DNA of 64,000 bases, taken from the NCBI GenBank assembly GCA_036785375.1, contig JAWMAR010000201.1, positions 558,001 to 622,000 of the forward strand, written 5' to 3'. Below the pieces are notes generated by a model. That model saw only the letters and a program-made list of their open reading frames with translations, made no database searches and was not told where the DNA came from. This document shows positions 37,030 through 48,805 of this stretch, piece by piece (within the stretch, counting starts at the first letter, position 1; each line of letters begins with the position of its first letter). The DNA is from Leucoraja ocellata. Its lineage: Eukaryota. The position numbers and the translations under genes are program-made.

Positions 37030-37538
37030 TGTTACTGTCTGACTCTCTGACCCCCCCCCCCCCCCCCCCCCCCCCCCTCTCCCTGTCTCGCATTTTCATG
37101 TCTTTCTGTTGTATCTTCTCACTGTTTTCCTCTCTATCCATGTTTTCCACCGTCACTTTCTTGGTCTCTCTAGATCTCCCTTTGACTCTCTGTTTTCTTT
37201 CACTATTTTTGTGTGCTCATCTCTGAACTCTCTTCCACTTTTTCCCACACTACCCCCCCCCCCCTCCCCCTCTCTCTCTTTCTCACTCTTTTTCTCTCTC
37301 TCTATCCTTCTGTCTACCTCCCTCTCTCCCAACTCTCCCTCTCACCCTCTCCCTTCCCAGCTTTCCCTCGCTCTCTCCCGCCTCTCTCCTCCCTGCTTCC
37401 CAGTTGATCTCTAACCCCATTCCCCCTCTCTCTGCTCACCTCTCTCTCCTCTCCTCCCCCTACCCCCCCCCCCTCTCTCCAACCCCCCACACCCCCCATC
37501 TCAGTTTGTATCTAACCTTTCTCTCTCTCCCCCCCCAG
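37030..37538. repeat. CT-rich low-complexity and poly-C tracts in FCER1G intron 4
   Basis: Homopolymer C runs and (ct)n. Confidence 0.8.
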
Positions 37539-37603
37539 GGTCTGGAGAGCACCGTGTTGATACGTATGAATCTCTGCAGCGCCAGGCTCCTGGAAAGAAG
37601 TAG
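37539..37603 (+). CDS. FCER1G: FCER1G exon 5 (second ITAM half), apparently missing one base
   Basis: ccccag|GGT CTG GA- GAG CAC CGT GTT GAT ACG TAT GAA TCT CTG...AAG AAG TAG reads GLxEHRVDTYESLQRQAPGKK* if one base is added. The exon is 65 nt rather than 66. Confidence 0.85.
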
Positions 37604-38096
37604 TGATGCTGCCAATCGCTGGGGCTAGATCATGTGTGTGTGTGTGGCGGGGGGGGGGGGGGGGGGGGGGGTGGGGTGGGGGTGGGAGTGTAGTGGTGGT
37701 GGGGTGGGACTGCGAGGGTGGGGTAACTGTTCATGATCACCCAATCTTCAGCATCAAGACCAACGTGTTTTGTGCGACTGCGGGAATTGCTCGTCCTTTC
37801 TCCTACAGCTGGAGGCTCTTGAGCCCTCGAGTTTGTCACCTGGGGACAGTAAGGCCATTCAGCCTCTTTCATTCCTCCAACAATGCGTGGAAGGAAGCTG
37901 CTCTGCTCGATGACTGGGTGGAGGGAATGCGGGGACCGGGGACTCTGGGATCATGTTAAATAATATTTACATCATATGGGTGGGGTTAGTAACGCTTTGA
38001 ATGGTGGAGGCAGGAGGTGAGTCGCACCTGGTTGAATAGATTGATGAACAAGTGTAATTTCATTAATTCTCGGTTTTATGTGAGCTTATTCTGTGC

Positions 38097-38102
38097 AATA
38101 AA
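38097..38102 (+). terminator. Probable FCER1G polyadenylation signal
   Basis: First AATAAA seen downstream of the stop, about 500 nt after it. Confidence 0.5.
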
Positions 38103-39819
38103 TGTAGCCGGTGCAATAGTCTAGTGGTCAAGTGTCATTATTATCACGAGGCTTCACTCCAGGCTGGAGGTTGACTCAATAGGCACAGGGTGTGTGTCGC
38201 CTCTCTCTAAACCCCAGGCCCAAGCTTTGTGGCCTCACACTAAACTTCAACCTCTGATCCTACCTCAGCAACGAAACATTATTGATTACCTCTTCCACTA
38301 CCATGGTCTATGCGCATGTGATGCTGCTGCAAGCAAGATTTACACTGCACCTGCACCTCACTGTATTTGAACAACTTACAGTAAAGCCGACTCGAGGCCC
38401 AGCTCTAAAGTTAAGGCTCAGACTTTGTGGTTTAGCTCTATTAAACTGACCAGGGTTTTGGTGACACAAGAGACCAGTGACGGACTGGCCAGGGTGTCAG
38501 CTTGCCCGATGGCAAGTGGGCCCCTGATGAAGTGCCCCTTCATCTCCTGGGCAACCAATATCTTTAGACCCAGTCCGCTACTGCTAGAGACAACACATGC
38601 TGGAAGCTTGAGCAAAATGGTGTGTTAATGGAACTCAACAGGCAGGCCAGCATCAGTGGAGAGAAATGGGCAGATTATGTTTTGGGTTGGGATTTTTCTT
38701 CAGACTGATGGTCTAGAGGTGGAGATCGGTTGTAAAAGGTGAGTGGAAGGAGTGGGGCAAATGATAGGTAAATTCAAGTGAGGAGAGGTTAATTGTGTCG
38801 TGTTCAAGAGCTTGATGTTTTGTCGTGTTCAAGAGCTTGATGTTTTTTGGGGAGAAGCTATTCTTAAAGCTGGTGGCCATAATTTTCAGTCTCCAACACC
38901 TTCTTCCCAGTGTTAGGAGTAGGAAATTAGAGCATGGCCAAGATAGTGTGGATCTTTGATGATGCCAGCTGCCTTTAGAGGCAACGCCTCCTATGGATCC
39001 TTCTATGATGGGGAGGTTAGTACTTGTTATGGACCGGGCAGTGTTTACCACTATTTGCAATCTCCTTTATTCTTGGACTTTCGAGTTGCTGAACCAGGCC
39101 ACACTGCTACCAGGCAATCTGCTCCCTATCATACACTTCTGGAAGTTCAAGAGAGTATTTGTCAACATATAACCATATAACCATATAACAATTACAGCAC
39201 GGAAACAGGCCATCTCGGCCCTACAAGTCCGTGCCGAACAATTTTTTTTCCCCTTAGTCCCACCTGCCTGCACTCATACCATAACCCTCCATTCCCTTCT
39301 CATCCATATGCCTATCCAATTTATTTTTAAATGATACCAACGAACCTGCCTCCACCACTTCCACTGGAAGCTCATTCCACACCGCTACCACTCTCCGAGT
39401 AAAGAAGTTCCCCCTCATGTTACCCCTAAACTTCTGTCCCTTAATTCTGAAGTCATGTCCTCTTGTTTGAATTTTCCCTATTCTCAAAGGGAAATAGGGA
39501 AAACTTCCAAACAAGAGGACATGACTTCAGAATTAAGGACAGAAGTTTAGGGGTAACATGAGACTTCTGCACTCCAGAGAATAAAGACCTAACTTATTCA
39601 ACCTATCTCTGTAACTTAGTTGTTGAAACCCAGGCAACATTCTAGTAAATCTCCTCTGTACTCTCTCTATATACTGAATCTCCTCAATGTTCTCAGGAAG
39701 TTGAGGTATTGATGGGTTTTCTTTATGACTACATCAATGTGCTGAGCCTAGGACAGATCTTGAGAGATGTGCACACCCAGGAATTTGTTGTTGATTCTCT
39801 CCACCACCAATGCTTTGAA

Positions 39820-40385
39820 GAAAACAGGCTCTCGGCGATCGTTCAGCTGAACACCTTTGCTCATTGTGCCTGTGCCTACACGATCTCCAGTTTGCTAAAC
39901 ACTTTAACTCCCCCTCCCATTCCCACACTGACCTTTCTGTCCTGGGCCTCCTCCACTGTCAGAGTGAGGTCATCGCAAATTGGAGGAAGAGCACCTCATA
40001 TTTCGCTTGGGCAGCTCGCAACCCAGTGGTAAGAAGATTCATTTCTCCAACTTCAAGTAGCCCTTGCTTTCTCTCTCTCTCTCTCCCTCCATCCCTGCCC
40101 CATCCCTAGTTCTCCGATATTTCAGTCCTCCTGCTATTTGTATACCTCATTGTCACCTTCCCCTCAGCCAACAATGAACCATTCTACATTTCCTTGATCA
40201 TCGTCTGCTTTGATCTGTCATTTTTGCACCTTACCCTTCCATATCTCTCGATTCCCCTGTCCCTGACTCTGTCTGAAGAAGGGTCTTGACCTCAAATGTT
40301 GCCCATCTTTCGCTCCAGAGTTGCTGCCTGTCCCACTGAATTACCCCAGCATTTTGTGCCTATCTTCGATTTTAACCGGCATCTC
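39820..40385 (+). mobile_element. Penelope-like element 3' fragment (GIY-YIG end and 3' UTR)
   Basis: AKHFNSPSHSHTDLSVLGLLHCQSE matches the element at 2324-2746, followed by the gtctgaagaagggtcttgacc tail. Confidence 0.75.
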
Positions 40386-40497
40386 CCTCCTGTACTCTGA
40401 ATCATCTTTACTCGTTATTCATCCAATATCTGGTGTCATCTGTAAATGTAAACACTGTGTTGGAACAGTGTCTGGTTACACAGTCATGGGTGTAGAG

Positions 40498-40948
40498 CAG
40501 TGGTTCCCAACCTTTTTTTGGCCATGCCCCACCTAATCACCTCTAGAATCCTGATGCCCCCCCCCCCCCCCCCTTGCTTTCCCTTGAGAGAAAACGGAGG
40601 AAATAGATATTATACGGGTAACTTAGCAAAAGCTCTTTGAATCGCATTTCTAAATCCAATTCAATAAATAAGGTTCTCCCATGACCTCGTGCGCTTCGTG
40701 CGACGTGCATGAAGAGCGATGGCGCGGTGATTGTGTAATAACTACACAATAAAGACCTTTTTTACCCCAAAAAAATTATTTACTCAAAATAACATCTGAA
40801 GCATAAACTACATATGTTTACCTGATGGAAAATCCAAAAAAATAAAAATCGAAACTTTGGACCCAGACCTCCTCAGTCGCGCTCAATTGCCCCCCTAAAA
40901 ATCAAATTGCCCCCCTGTGGGGCGTACGCCCCACGTTGGGAACCACTG
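40498..40948. mobile_element. Non-autonomous hAT (Charlie-type) DNA transposon
   Basis: TIRs CAGTGGTTCCCAAC / GTTGGGAACCACTG and a perfect 8-bp TSD gtgtagag at 40490-40497 and 40949-40956. Confidence 0.92.
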
Positions 40949-41959
40949 GTGTAGAGTGAGTAGAGCAGGAGACTGAGCACACAGCCCTGAGGCCCCTGTG
41001 AAGATGGTTATTGAAGAGGAAGTGTTATTGCCAATTCAGTATGATTGTGGTCTGCCAATGAGGAAGTTGAGGCTACAGTTGTGTACGGATGAATGGAGAC
41101 CCGGTCCCTGAGTTTACGGAACGGTGAGGAATCTAGCGTGGAACCGGAGTGAGGGGCAGTTGTTATACGGGAACGGGGAGGGGCGTAGGAGGAGATAGGG
41201 ATGGGTATTAAGCAGGAGGGGAATGGAATGGTGACAGGGTGCGGGGGAAGTGGAGAGAAAGATGTGTGTGAGGGTCACATGGACTCCTCCAGTCCAGAGT
41301 GGTGGAACAGCACTCTATATTCTGTTTGGGTAGCTGACAACCGCATGAAATTGAATTCTCCCTCCCCCCGACTCCAACCCCTCTCGCTCTGATCCTCACC
41401 CTTACCTTTTCATGGCAGCCCACAAACCCAGAAATGACCTGAAGTTAAAGGAGGAGCGGGTGAGATTGGAAGTGACTGGGTGATGTAAGGATGGTGGTGG
41501 AATTGGCAGAGTAAAGCTGAGGTGGACTGGAGGGCTGGGTAGAGTGAGACAGGAGCAGGGCCGGACAGAGCATGCTGCAGTGAAGCAAGTGGTGTGGCAC
41601 AATAATCGGCCGGGGGTTGGCAGTGTGAGGGCAGGGCAACAGGTCAGTCACATCATTTTTCAGCGCCAAGACCTCTGAATTTACTTTAAATCTGACAATA
41701 CAGGGACTATGCCTACCCTTTGACAGCAGGTGGCGCTGTTATTCCCCCCTTTACCCATCACAGTGAAGCTGTCAGGGAACAGGGTGGGGGTGGTCCGCAG
41801 TGGGAGAAGACCACCACCTTTTGGTTCCGGCTGCGGTTTCATGGTGGGAACCATCCAGTGGTGGGCAGTGATACGCACAGTCCAGCAATAATGTGTGGGA
41901 GGAGGATGTCCCAGGTATGGAGGGTGACACTGGCCCTTGTTTGACACTGTGACACTGGC

Positions 41960-43965
41960 AATAGATCAGTGAATGACACAATCAACCTAGGGCTGCACTT
42001 CATCCACCAGCACCAAGGCCACCAGGGGACCTATGCAAGGATTTTGTTTGTGGATTTTAGCTCTGCAATCAACACCATTGTGCCAGAGCTACTGCACTCC
42101 AAACTCTGCCAATTGACTGCATCTGAACCCTTGTCAGTGGATCGCCAACTTCCTGACAGACAGGAAGCAGCAATGTGAGGCTGGGAAAGCACATCTCAGA
42201 CCTGCTGACCCTCAGCATAGGAGCGCCGCAAGGCTGCATACTCTCCCCTCTCCTTTACTCTCTACACCACCGCCTGCACCTCCACAAACTCCTCTGTCAA
42301 GCTTCTCCAGTTTGTGGATGGCACAACCCTGATTGGACTGATCCAGGATGGGGAGGAATCTGCCTACAGACAGGAAGTGACACAACTGGCGTCCTGGTGT
42401 CATTGTAAGATGGCACCAGGAAAAGAGGAGTTCATCACAAGAGGAGTTGAGTATAGAAGCAAAGCGGTCCTTCTGCAGTTGTACAGGGCCGTAGTGAAAC
42501 TACACCTGGAGTATTGTGTGCAGTTCCGGTCCTCTAATTTGAGGAAGGACATTCTTGCTATTGAGGGAGTGCAGCGAGGTTCATGAGGTTAATTCCCGGA
42601 ATGACAGGACTATCATATGTTGATAGAATGGAGCAGCTGGGATTGTATACTCCAGAGTTTAGAAGGATGAGAGGGGTTCTTATTGAAACATATAAGATTA
42701 TTAAGGGTTTGGACACACTAGAGACAGGGAACATGTTCCCAATGTTGGAGGAGTCCAGATCCAGGGGCACAGTTTAAGAATAAGGGGAAAGCCATTTAGA
42801 ACGGAGATGAGGAAAAACGTTTTCGCACAGAGGGTTGTGAATCTGTGGAACTCTCTGCCTGGAATTCTCTGGAAGGCTGTGGTGGCTAATTCTCTGGATG
42901 CTTTCAAGAGAGAGTTAGATAGAGCTCTTAAAGATAAGGAGTCAGGGGATATTGGGAGAAGGCAGGAACGGGGTACTGATTGTGGATGATCAACCATGAT
43001 TACTGTGAATGGCGGAGCTGGCTCGAAAGGCTGAATGGCCTACTCCTGCATTCCTGTTGTCTATTGCAACAACCTGGAGCTCAATGTTCTTAAGACAGTG
43101 GAATTGATTGTAGACTTTAACATAGAAACATAGAAACATAGAAATTAGGTGCAGGAGTAGGCCATTCGGCCCTTCGAGCCTGCACCACCATTCAATATGA
43201 TCATGGCTGATCATCCAACTCAGTATCCCGTACCTGCCTTCTCTCCATACCCCCTGATCCCCTTAGCCACAAGGGCCACATCTAACTCCCTCTTAAATAT
43301 AGCCAATTAACTTTTAGGAGCGCTCCTCCTCCCCTCCCCCCACTCACCATCAACAACACCACAGTCACATCTGTGAAGTCATTTAAGTTCCTTGAAATAA
43401 TCATCTCCAGGAACCTTAAATGAGAGGCCAACATCAAAAAGGTCCAACAGAGGATGTACTTCCTGCGGCTTCTGAGAAAACACAATCTGCAACAGGCAAT
43501 GATGGTCCAGTTTTATACGGCCATCATAGAGTCTGTCCTCACCTGCTCCATCATGATCTGGTTTGGCTCGGCCACCAAGCACGACATCCAGAGGCCGCAA
43601 CGCATTGTTCGATCAGCCAAGAAGGTTGATCATCCCTGACCCCTCTCACCCTGGCCACAAACTCTTTGAAGCACTTCCCTCTGGAAGGCGAATCCGGTTT
43701 GTCAAAGCCGCCACAGCCAGACATAAAAACAGCTTTTTTTCCCACGAGCAGTCGCTCTACTCAACAGCCAAAAAGTCTGTAGCCTCCTTGTGCTCTGGTA
43801 TTTTATTTCATTCTTCACATGTTTAAATTATAATGTTTTATTTTTAATTGTCTACTGTATATCGTGTCGTTATTTGCGAGCAAAGTTCCAAGGCAAATTC
43901 TTTGTATGTATACATAATTGGCGAATAAAATGTATTCAATTCAATTAAATTCAATTCAATTCAAT
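41960..43965 (+). mobile_element. Rex1/Babar LINE split by CR1 insertions (about 42406-43062 and 43120-43312)
   Basis: YARILFVDFSSA, GAPQGCILSPLLYSL and MYFLRLLRKHNL...FYTAIIESVLT, with an (aattc)n tail. Confidence 0.8.
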
Positions 43966-44573
43966 TATACTCTGAGATGACACGGGGTATTGCGCCATTC
44001 TTTGGCAAGTGGACCAAAAGGTCACACACGTGACCAGATGGCATCATAGAGCAATACATTAAATAATTCTTGGAAGAGATTAATCTCATTCATTACTATT
44101 TCCCTACCTACAGAACAATAATGCATGTCTGTTAAAGATATGAATATTCTAGCTTTTTAAAATTCACAGTTTGTAAGATAAAACTGAGTTATGAAAAAAA
44201 TGCTCCTGCGTGAGGTCACATATGTGACCAGTCATATTTGACCTCTGACCCTAACCAAACATTGTCAGCATAACAAAAATTTCCCTTGATAAACTTCGAA
44301 AAAAATATGAATCCTATATACGGTACAAAACAATATACCTGTAATGGTTTCAGAATTAGAAGAGATGTATTCCAAAATAAGTTTTCATATATTTGGTCAC
44401 ACACGTGACTAAGAATGAGTTGTGAACCGCCTGTAAGCATAAATGGGAAGTAAATCCACTACTTATGGCCATATGGCATTTTGAGATGCTTTGGACATAG
44501 GTGCTTGATTTAGGGCCCAACTAGGTTTGACCTTTGGGGAAAGACTTGTATGGAGGGAGTAGCAGGAGAAACA

Positions 44574-45655
44574 TGCTGAGGAAGCTGCATTGTGAACAAT
44601 CCTGAGGTAGGTGATGTTCTCAATTGCTCGTTTCTAAGCTTCCCCCCAGTCTAGTTTCAGTAAAAACACTGAATCAAGCACTTGAAACAACTGATCTTTA
44701 TTTTAGCAAAAGCGCATTACAGTTCAACTACTGTACCTATCACATCGCGGTTCGATCTTCGTATCTGCCTGGTCAAGCCCTCTAGGCCTCGCTCAGGCAG
44801 AGATACTCCAGAAAGTCACACAGTCCCTAGCGCTCTCCCAGAAGATCTCGTGGTAGCGGACCTTTATAGGTCCCGGGACCTCGAGGGGCTGAACCACATG
44901 AGGGTGGTCTCTTAATAATCCAAATACAGATATCAATTAACCCCATACATAACAGACATTCCCCTAACCCAATAATACAGCAGCTCAATACATTGTATTC
45001 ACACCGGACTTCTCAAGGAAGCCAACTTAGAAACATTTACCCTGATCTGCAAGGAACCCAAACAAGGCTCAATACCTCATCCAATCAACACTCGGCAAAG
45101 TAGAACTCTGCAACATTATTTACAATTATTTACAAGCTGTATGTCTGGTTTGCAGCCATCCAATCCATTCTATGCGTTTTGCACCTAATTGACAGGGTCT
45201 GCAGATGTTCTTATTCTTTTCTTGCAAATTGTAATCTGGGCTCTAGACACACTGGCACCACCCCGCAGCTTGTCCCAGCTCTGCAGAGAGCAATTCCAAA
45301 TTGACCAAATCTCCCAGCAGCCCTGAAGCTTTTACCCCATTTTAAAGTCCTAGCCTCTCCAATTTGGCCAGAATTAACAATGCCACAGATCCAAATGTCA
45401 CAGGATTTGGCTTGTGGCACACTCTTCTTCAAATCGCTGGTGATGAGGCTATTAGCAGATTGTGGACCTGCTTGCTGACAATGACTCCCAAGAGCTATAA
45501 GGAATTAGCATAACGGTGTGAGAGAGGCCAGCCCTCAGGACCTGGCTGCAGGTGGACTCCTGTTGTCTGGAGCATCGGGTCATCTTCAGACCTGACTCCT
45601 GGGGAGAGGGGTGTATCCACCATGCCACTGTCAGCAAGTTTTCATTCCCCAGACA
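44574..45655 (-). mobile_element. Putative solo LTR (retroviral/ERV-like) with a 4-bp TSD
   Basis: TG...CA termini with short inverted repeats (TGCTGAGG / CCCCAGACA). TSD aaca at 44570-44573 and 45656-45659. On the minus strand TATAAA (44863-44868) precedes AATAAA (44697-44702). Confidence 0.65.
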
Positions 45656-46759
45656 AACATCTTAGGTGGATTGGAAGGAGCGAGTGTAGGGTGGGGAACA
45701 GAACTAAAAGGTTACCTGAACCTAGACAATTCGATGTTCTTGTCATAGACTACCCGGGCAAAATATGAGGTACTTATCCCAAAGTGTTGCAGAGCCCCCC
45801 AAACCTTCTGGAGAAATGGCAGATGGAGTATAATCCAAGCAGGTGTGAAGTGCTGCACTTTGGGAGGTTGAATGTAAGTGGAGAAATATACAGTTAATGA
45901 CAAGACTCTAAACAGCATTGGTATACAGAAGGATAGTAGTTGATAGCTCACAGGAGGTGGTAGCACAAACAGATAGAGTGGTAAAGAAAGCATTCAGTAT
46001 GCTTGCCTTCATTGCCAGAGGCATTCACGATAAGAGGCAAGAAGCCATGATGCAGCTCTATAAGGCTTTGGTTAGGCCGCACGGAGTATTTAATTCAGTT
46101 CTGGTTGTCTCATTACAGTGGAGACTTTGAAGAGGATACAGAGGAGGTTTAGCAGAATAGTACCTGGATTAGAGGCTTTCAGCTGCAGGGAGAGGTTGGA
46201 TAAGTGGTTTGTTTTCTCTAGAACATCGGAGGTTGAGGGGAAACTTTATAGAGGCGTATAAAATTATGGCCAGCTTAGAAAGGGTAGGCAGTCAGAACAT
46301 TTTTGAACCATAGAAAATAGGTGCAGGAGAAGGCCATTTGGCCCTTCGAGCCAGCACTGCCATTCATTGTGATCATGGCTGATCGTCCCCTATCAAGGAT
46401 TTTCCCCAGGATGGAAATGTTCAGCACTAGAGGGCATAGCTATAGGGTAATAGGAGGAAAGTTTGTTGAAGATGTGCAGGACACAGGGTGGTGGAGGCTG
46501 ATACAATAGTGGTGCTTAAGAGGTTTTTAGTACATGCAGATGCAAGGACTAAAGTGATATGGATCGTGTACCAGTAGATTAGATCAGTTTCACTTGGTAT
46601 CATGCTAAGCACAACAATTGTGGGCTGAAGGGCCTGTTCCTGAGCTGTACTGTTCTATGTTCACATCTGTTGAATCATTGTCACTGTTTGTTTTCTGGCA
46701 ACTTCTTCTCACATTCTATTTCCCCTTTTCTCATTACTTGCTCAATTCTTCTTTCGCAG

Positions 46760-47086
46760 AATTAAAGGATGTTTACAATGTGTGGCAGGATATCAGCCTG
46801 TCTTGTCTGTCATGAAGACATCTCCACTAACCATCAGAAGTTCCCTATCTAGTGTACACATATCCATCTCAGATAGGGACTGGGAGACAGCAGTCAGTGT
46901 ACAGGTATCCCCCTGAGAGAGAGTGTCTGAGGACCACCAGTCAATATACTGAGGGCCTCTGAGAGTGGGGCCCGGGTCTCTATGTCCTGTCCAACAGGGC
47001 AGATCCCATTACAGTCGGGCATTTCTCTTTTTCACACTGCTGACTGCTGCAGTCCTGGCTACACACTCCTCTCTTGTCTGCAGGAG
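46760..47086 (+). pseudogene. Degenerate Ig V-type exon (SLAM/CD2-like), copy 1
   Basis: Strong acceptor, 327 nt, phase 1-1, G|gttaga donor. Reads ELKDVYNVWQDISLSCLS*... with four in-frame stops. Confidence 0.5.
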
Positions 47087-48517
47087 GTTAGAAATCCCTG
47101 CTCACCCTGACATCCCTCCCCACTGAGGCGCCTGAGTTAAAGAACGGAGACGAGGAAGGAGGAAGATGCCAACAGAGTGAGGGGTGCTAGGCAATGCCAC
47201 TGGGGACCAGGGCTGGGGAATCAGCAGTTGCGTGGCTCCATTCCCAACCACTCTGTTGCAATGGTTGTTCAGCACTGGGAACCTAAGCAGGCAAGCAGCT
47301 ATGATCAGGGTAGAATAGGGGGGCCAGGTGTAAGGCTTGACTCAGGGTCAGGAATGAGAGAAGGTATGCAACTGGAGTCAGGGTCAGGAGTAGTACCAGG
47401 TGTGCAGTGAGACCCAGGTTGGTCAACATGGGCCAAGTGTTTGAATATAATCTGATTTCCATACATGAATACACTAAGATCATTCATGTGTTGCACCTGT
47501 TGATCAGAGCCTGGGCTCTATTGTGGAATGTCATTAGGAATGTAATTTAGTCTAACCTTATTCATAGCTAATCCAATTTAAAGCATATATATTGCATTCA
47601 AGGGTAAGTTAAAAGACTCGCTACAGTATGCACCAAATTGCACAATTTCAAGCTGAAAAATTCAAAAGCTCCGTACCAATGGGAGGGGACACACCTCTGG
47701 CCAATTTATATGCCTCTGCCTTGGATTTAATATTATCCCTAATTTCCCTCATTAGCCACGGTTAAGCCGCCTTCCGTGTTTTATTTTTACGCCAGATATG
47801 GATGAACAATTGTTGTAATTCATCCATGTGATCTTTAAATCCACCATTAACCCTTTAAGTATCATTTGCCAGTCTATCCTAGTCAATTCCTGTCTCACCA
47901 TCAAAGTTACCTTTCTTTAAGTTCAAGGTAGACAAAAATGCTGGAGAAACTCAGCGGGTGAGGCAGCATCTATGGAGCGAAGGAAATAGGCAACGTTTCG
48001 GGTCGAGATCCTTCTTTCAGTTCAGGATCCTTGTCTCTGAATTAACCGTGTCACTCTCCGTCCTAATGCAGAATTCTACCATATTATGGTCACTGTTGCC
48101 CAAGATTGCTAACTAATCCTTCCTTATTACATAATACCCAGTCTAGGATGGTTCAGAGCCAGTCTGGGCTTGGTCACACTCAGGTGTATACGGGACACCT
48201 GGACCACTCACAGGAGTGACAAAAGATATGGAACTGGAGAGATTCCCTGGATTCACAGAGCTATAAACAGGGCACGGTGTAGAGTTTGTTGATGACTGCG
48301 GGCAGCGGTCGGGAAGGGAGCACGTCACACGTGTGGACTTCCTACAGCAACAACTGGCTGAACTGAAGGGGGTGAGGGAAGAGTTAAACTGGTGGGTGGA
48401 AATGAACTGGGATTGGTTTAAAGTTCACTCGTGGATGTTGGAGATGGGGGTGTTGGGTATCGTGGGGTCCACAAGGATCTCCTTTACGCATCTTCCTTCT
48501 CTCCGCCCCAACCTCAG

Positions 48518-48805
48518 AGCCCGTGGCAGTTACACAGATTAAGGTTCAGAACATCACTGAGATCTGTAACTTTGCCTTGACCTCCTCCATGACCTCCGGC
48601 GACCCCACCAGCTTCAGGTACTGGAGGGGACGAGAACCTCTGGGAAACGACAGCACCCATCACCCCCGGGGACACGGAGAGACAGTAGAGGTTAATCACA
48701 CAGCAGAGGTCGGGGGCGTTGTGTACAGGTGTGAGGTCAGGAATCTGGTCAGTGAGGGCATGGCAGAGATCTGGCTGAGGGGCGTCTGTAAACAGACCAC
48801 ATTTG
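48518..48805 (+). pseudogene. Ig C2-type exon of a SLAM/CD2-family receptor, copy 1
   Basis: cctcag|EPVAVTQIKVQNITEICNFALTSSMTSGDPTSFRYWRG...VYRCEVRNLVSEGMAEIWLRGVCKQTTF|gtcaga, 288 nt, phase 1-1. Matches the SLAM C2 pattern EPV...CNxxLTC...W...YxCxVxNPVS...C, with the B-strand Cys replaced by Ser. Confidence 0.75.

Noticed and set aside
34435-37603. CD247 (CD3 zeta) as an alternative identity
   Set aside because: The single ITAM, the 21-nt exon 4, the five-exon layout and the position next to NDUFS2 all fit FCER1G.
41570-41645. Possible leader exon of the SLAM-like gene (ATG...CAG|gtcagt)
   Set aside because: In-frame stops and no convincing hydrophobic core, so it cannot be supported.
38100-43000. 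APOA2 or TOMM40L expected after FCER1G from human synteny
   Set aside because: No exon of either gene was recognised. The region is mostly LINE, Penelope and hAT remnants.
46760-47086. In-frame TGA codons as selenocysteine or readthrough
   Set aside because: A TAA is also in frame, one TGA varies between copies, and no SECIS is evident. These are pseudogene stops.
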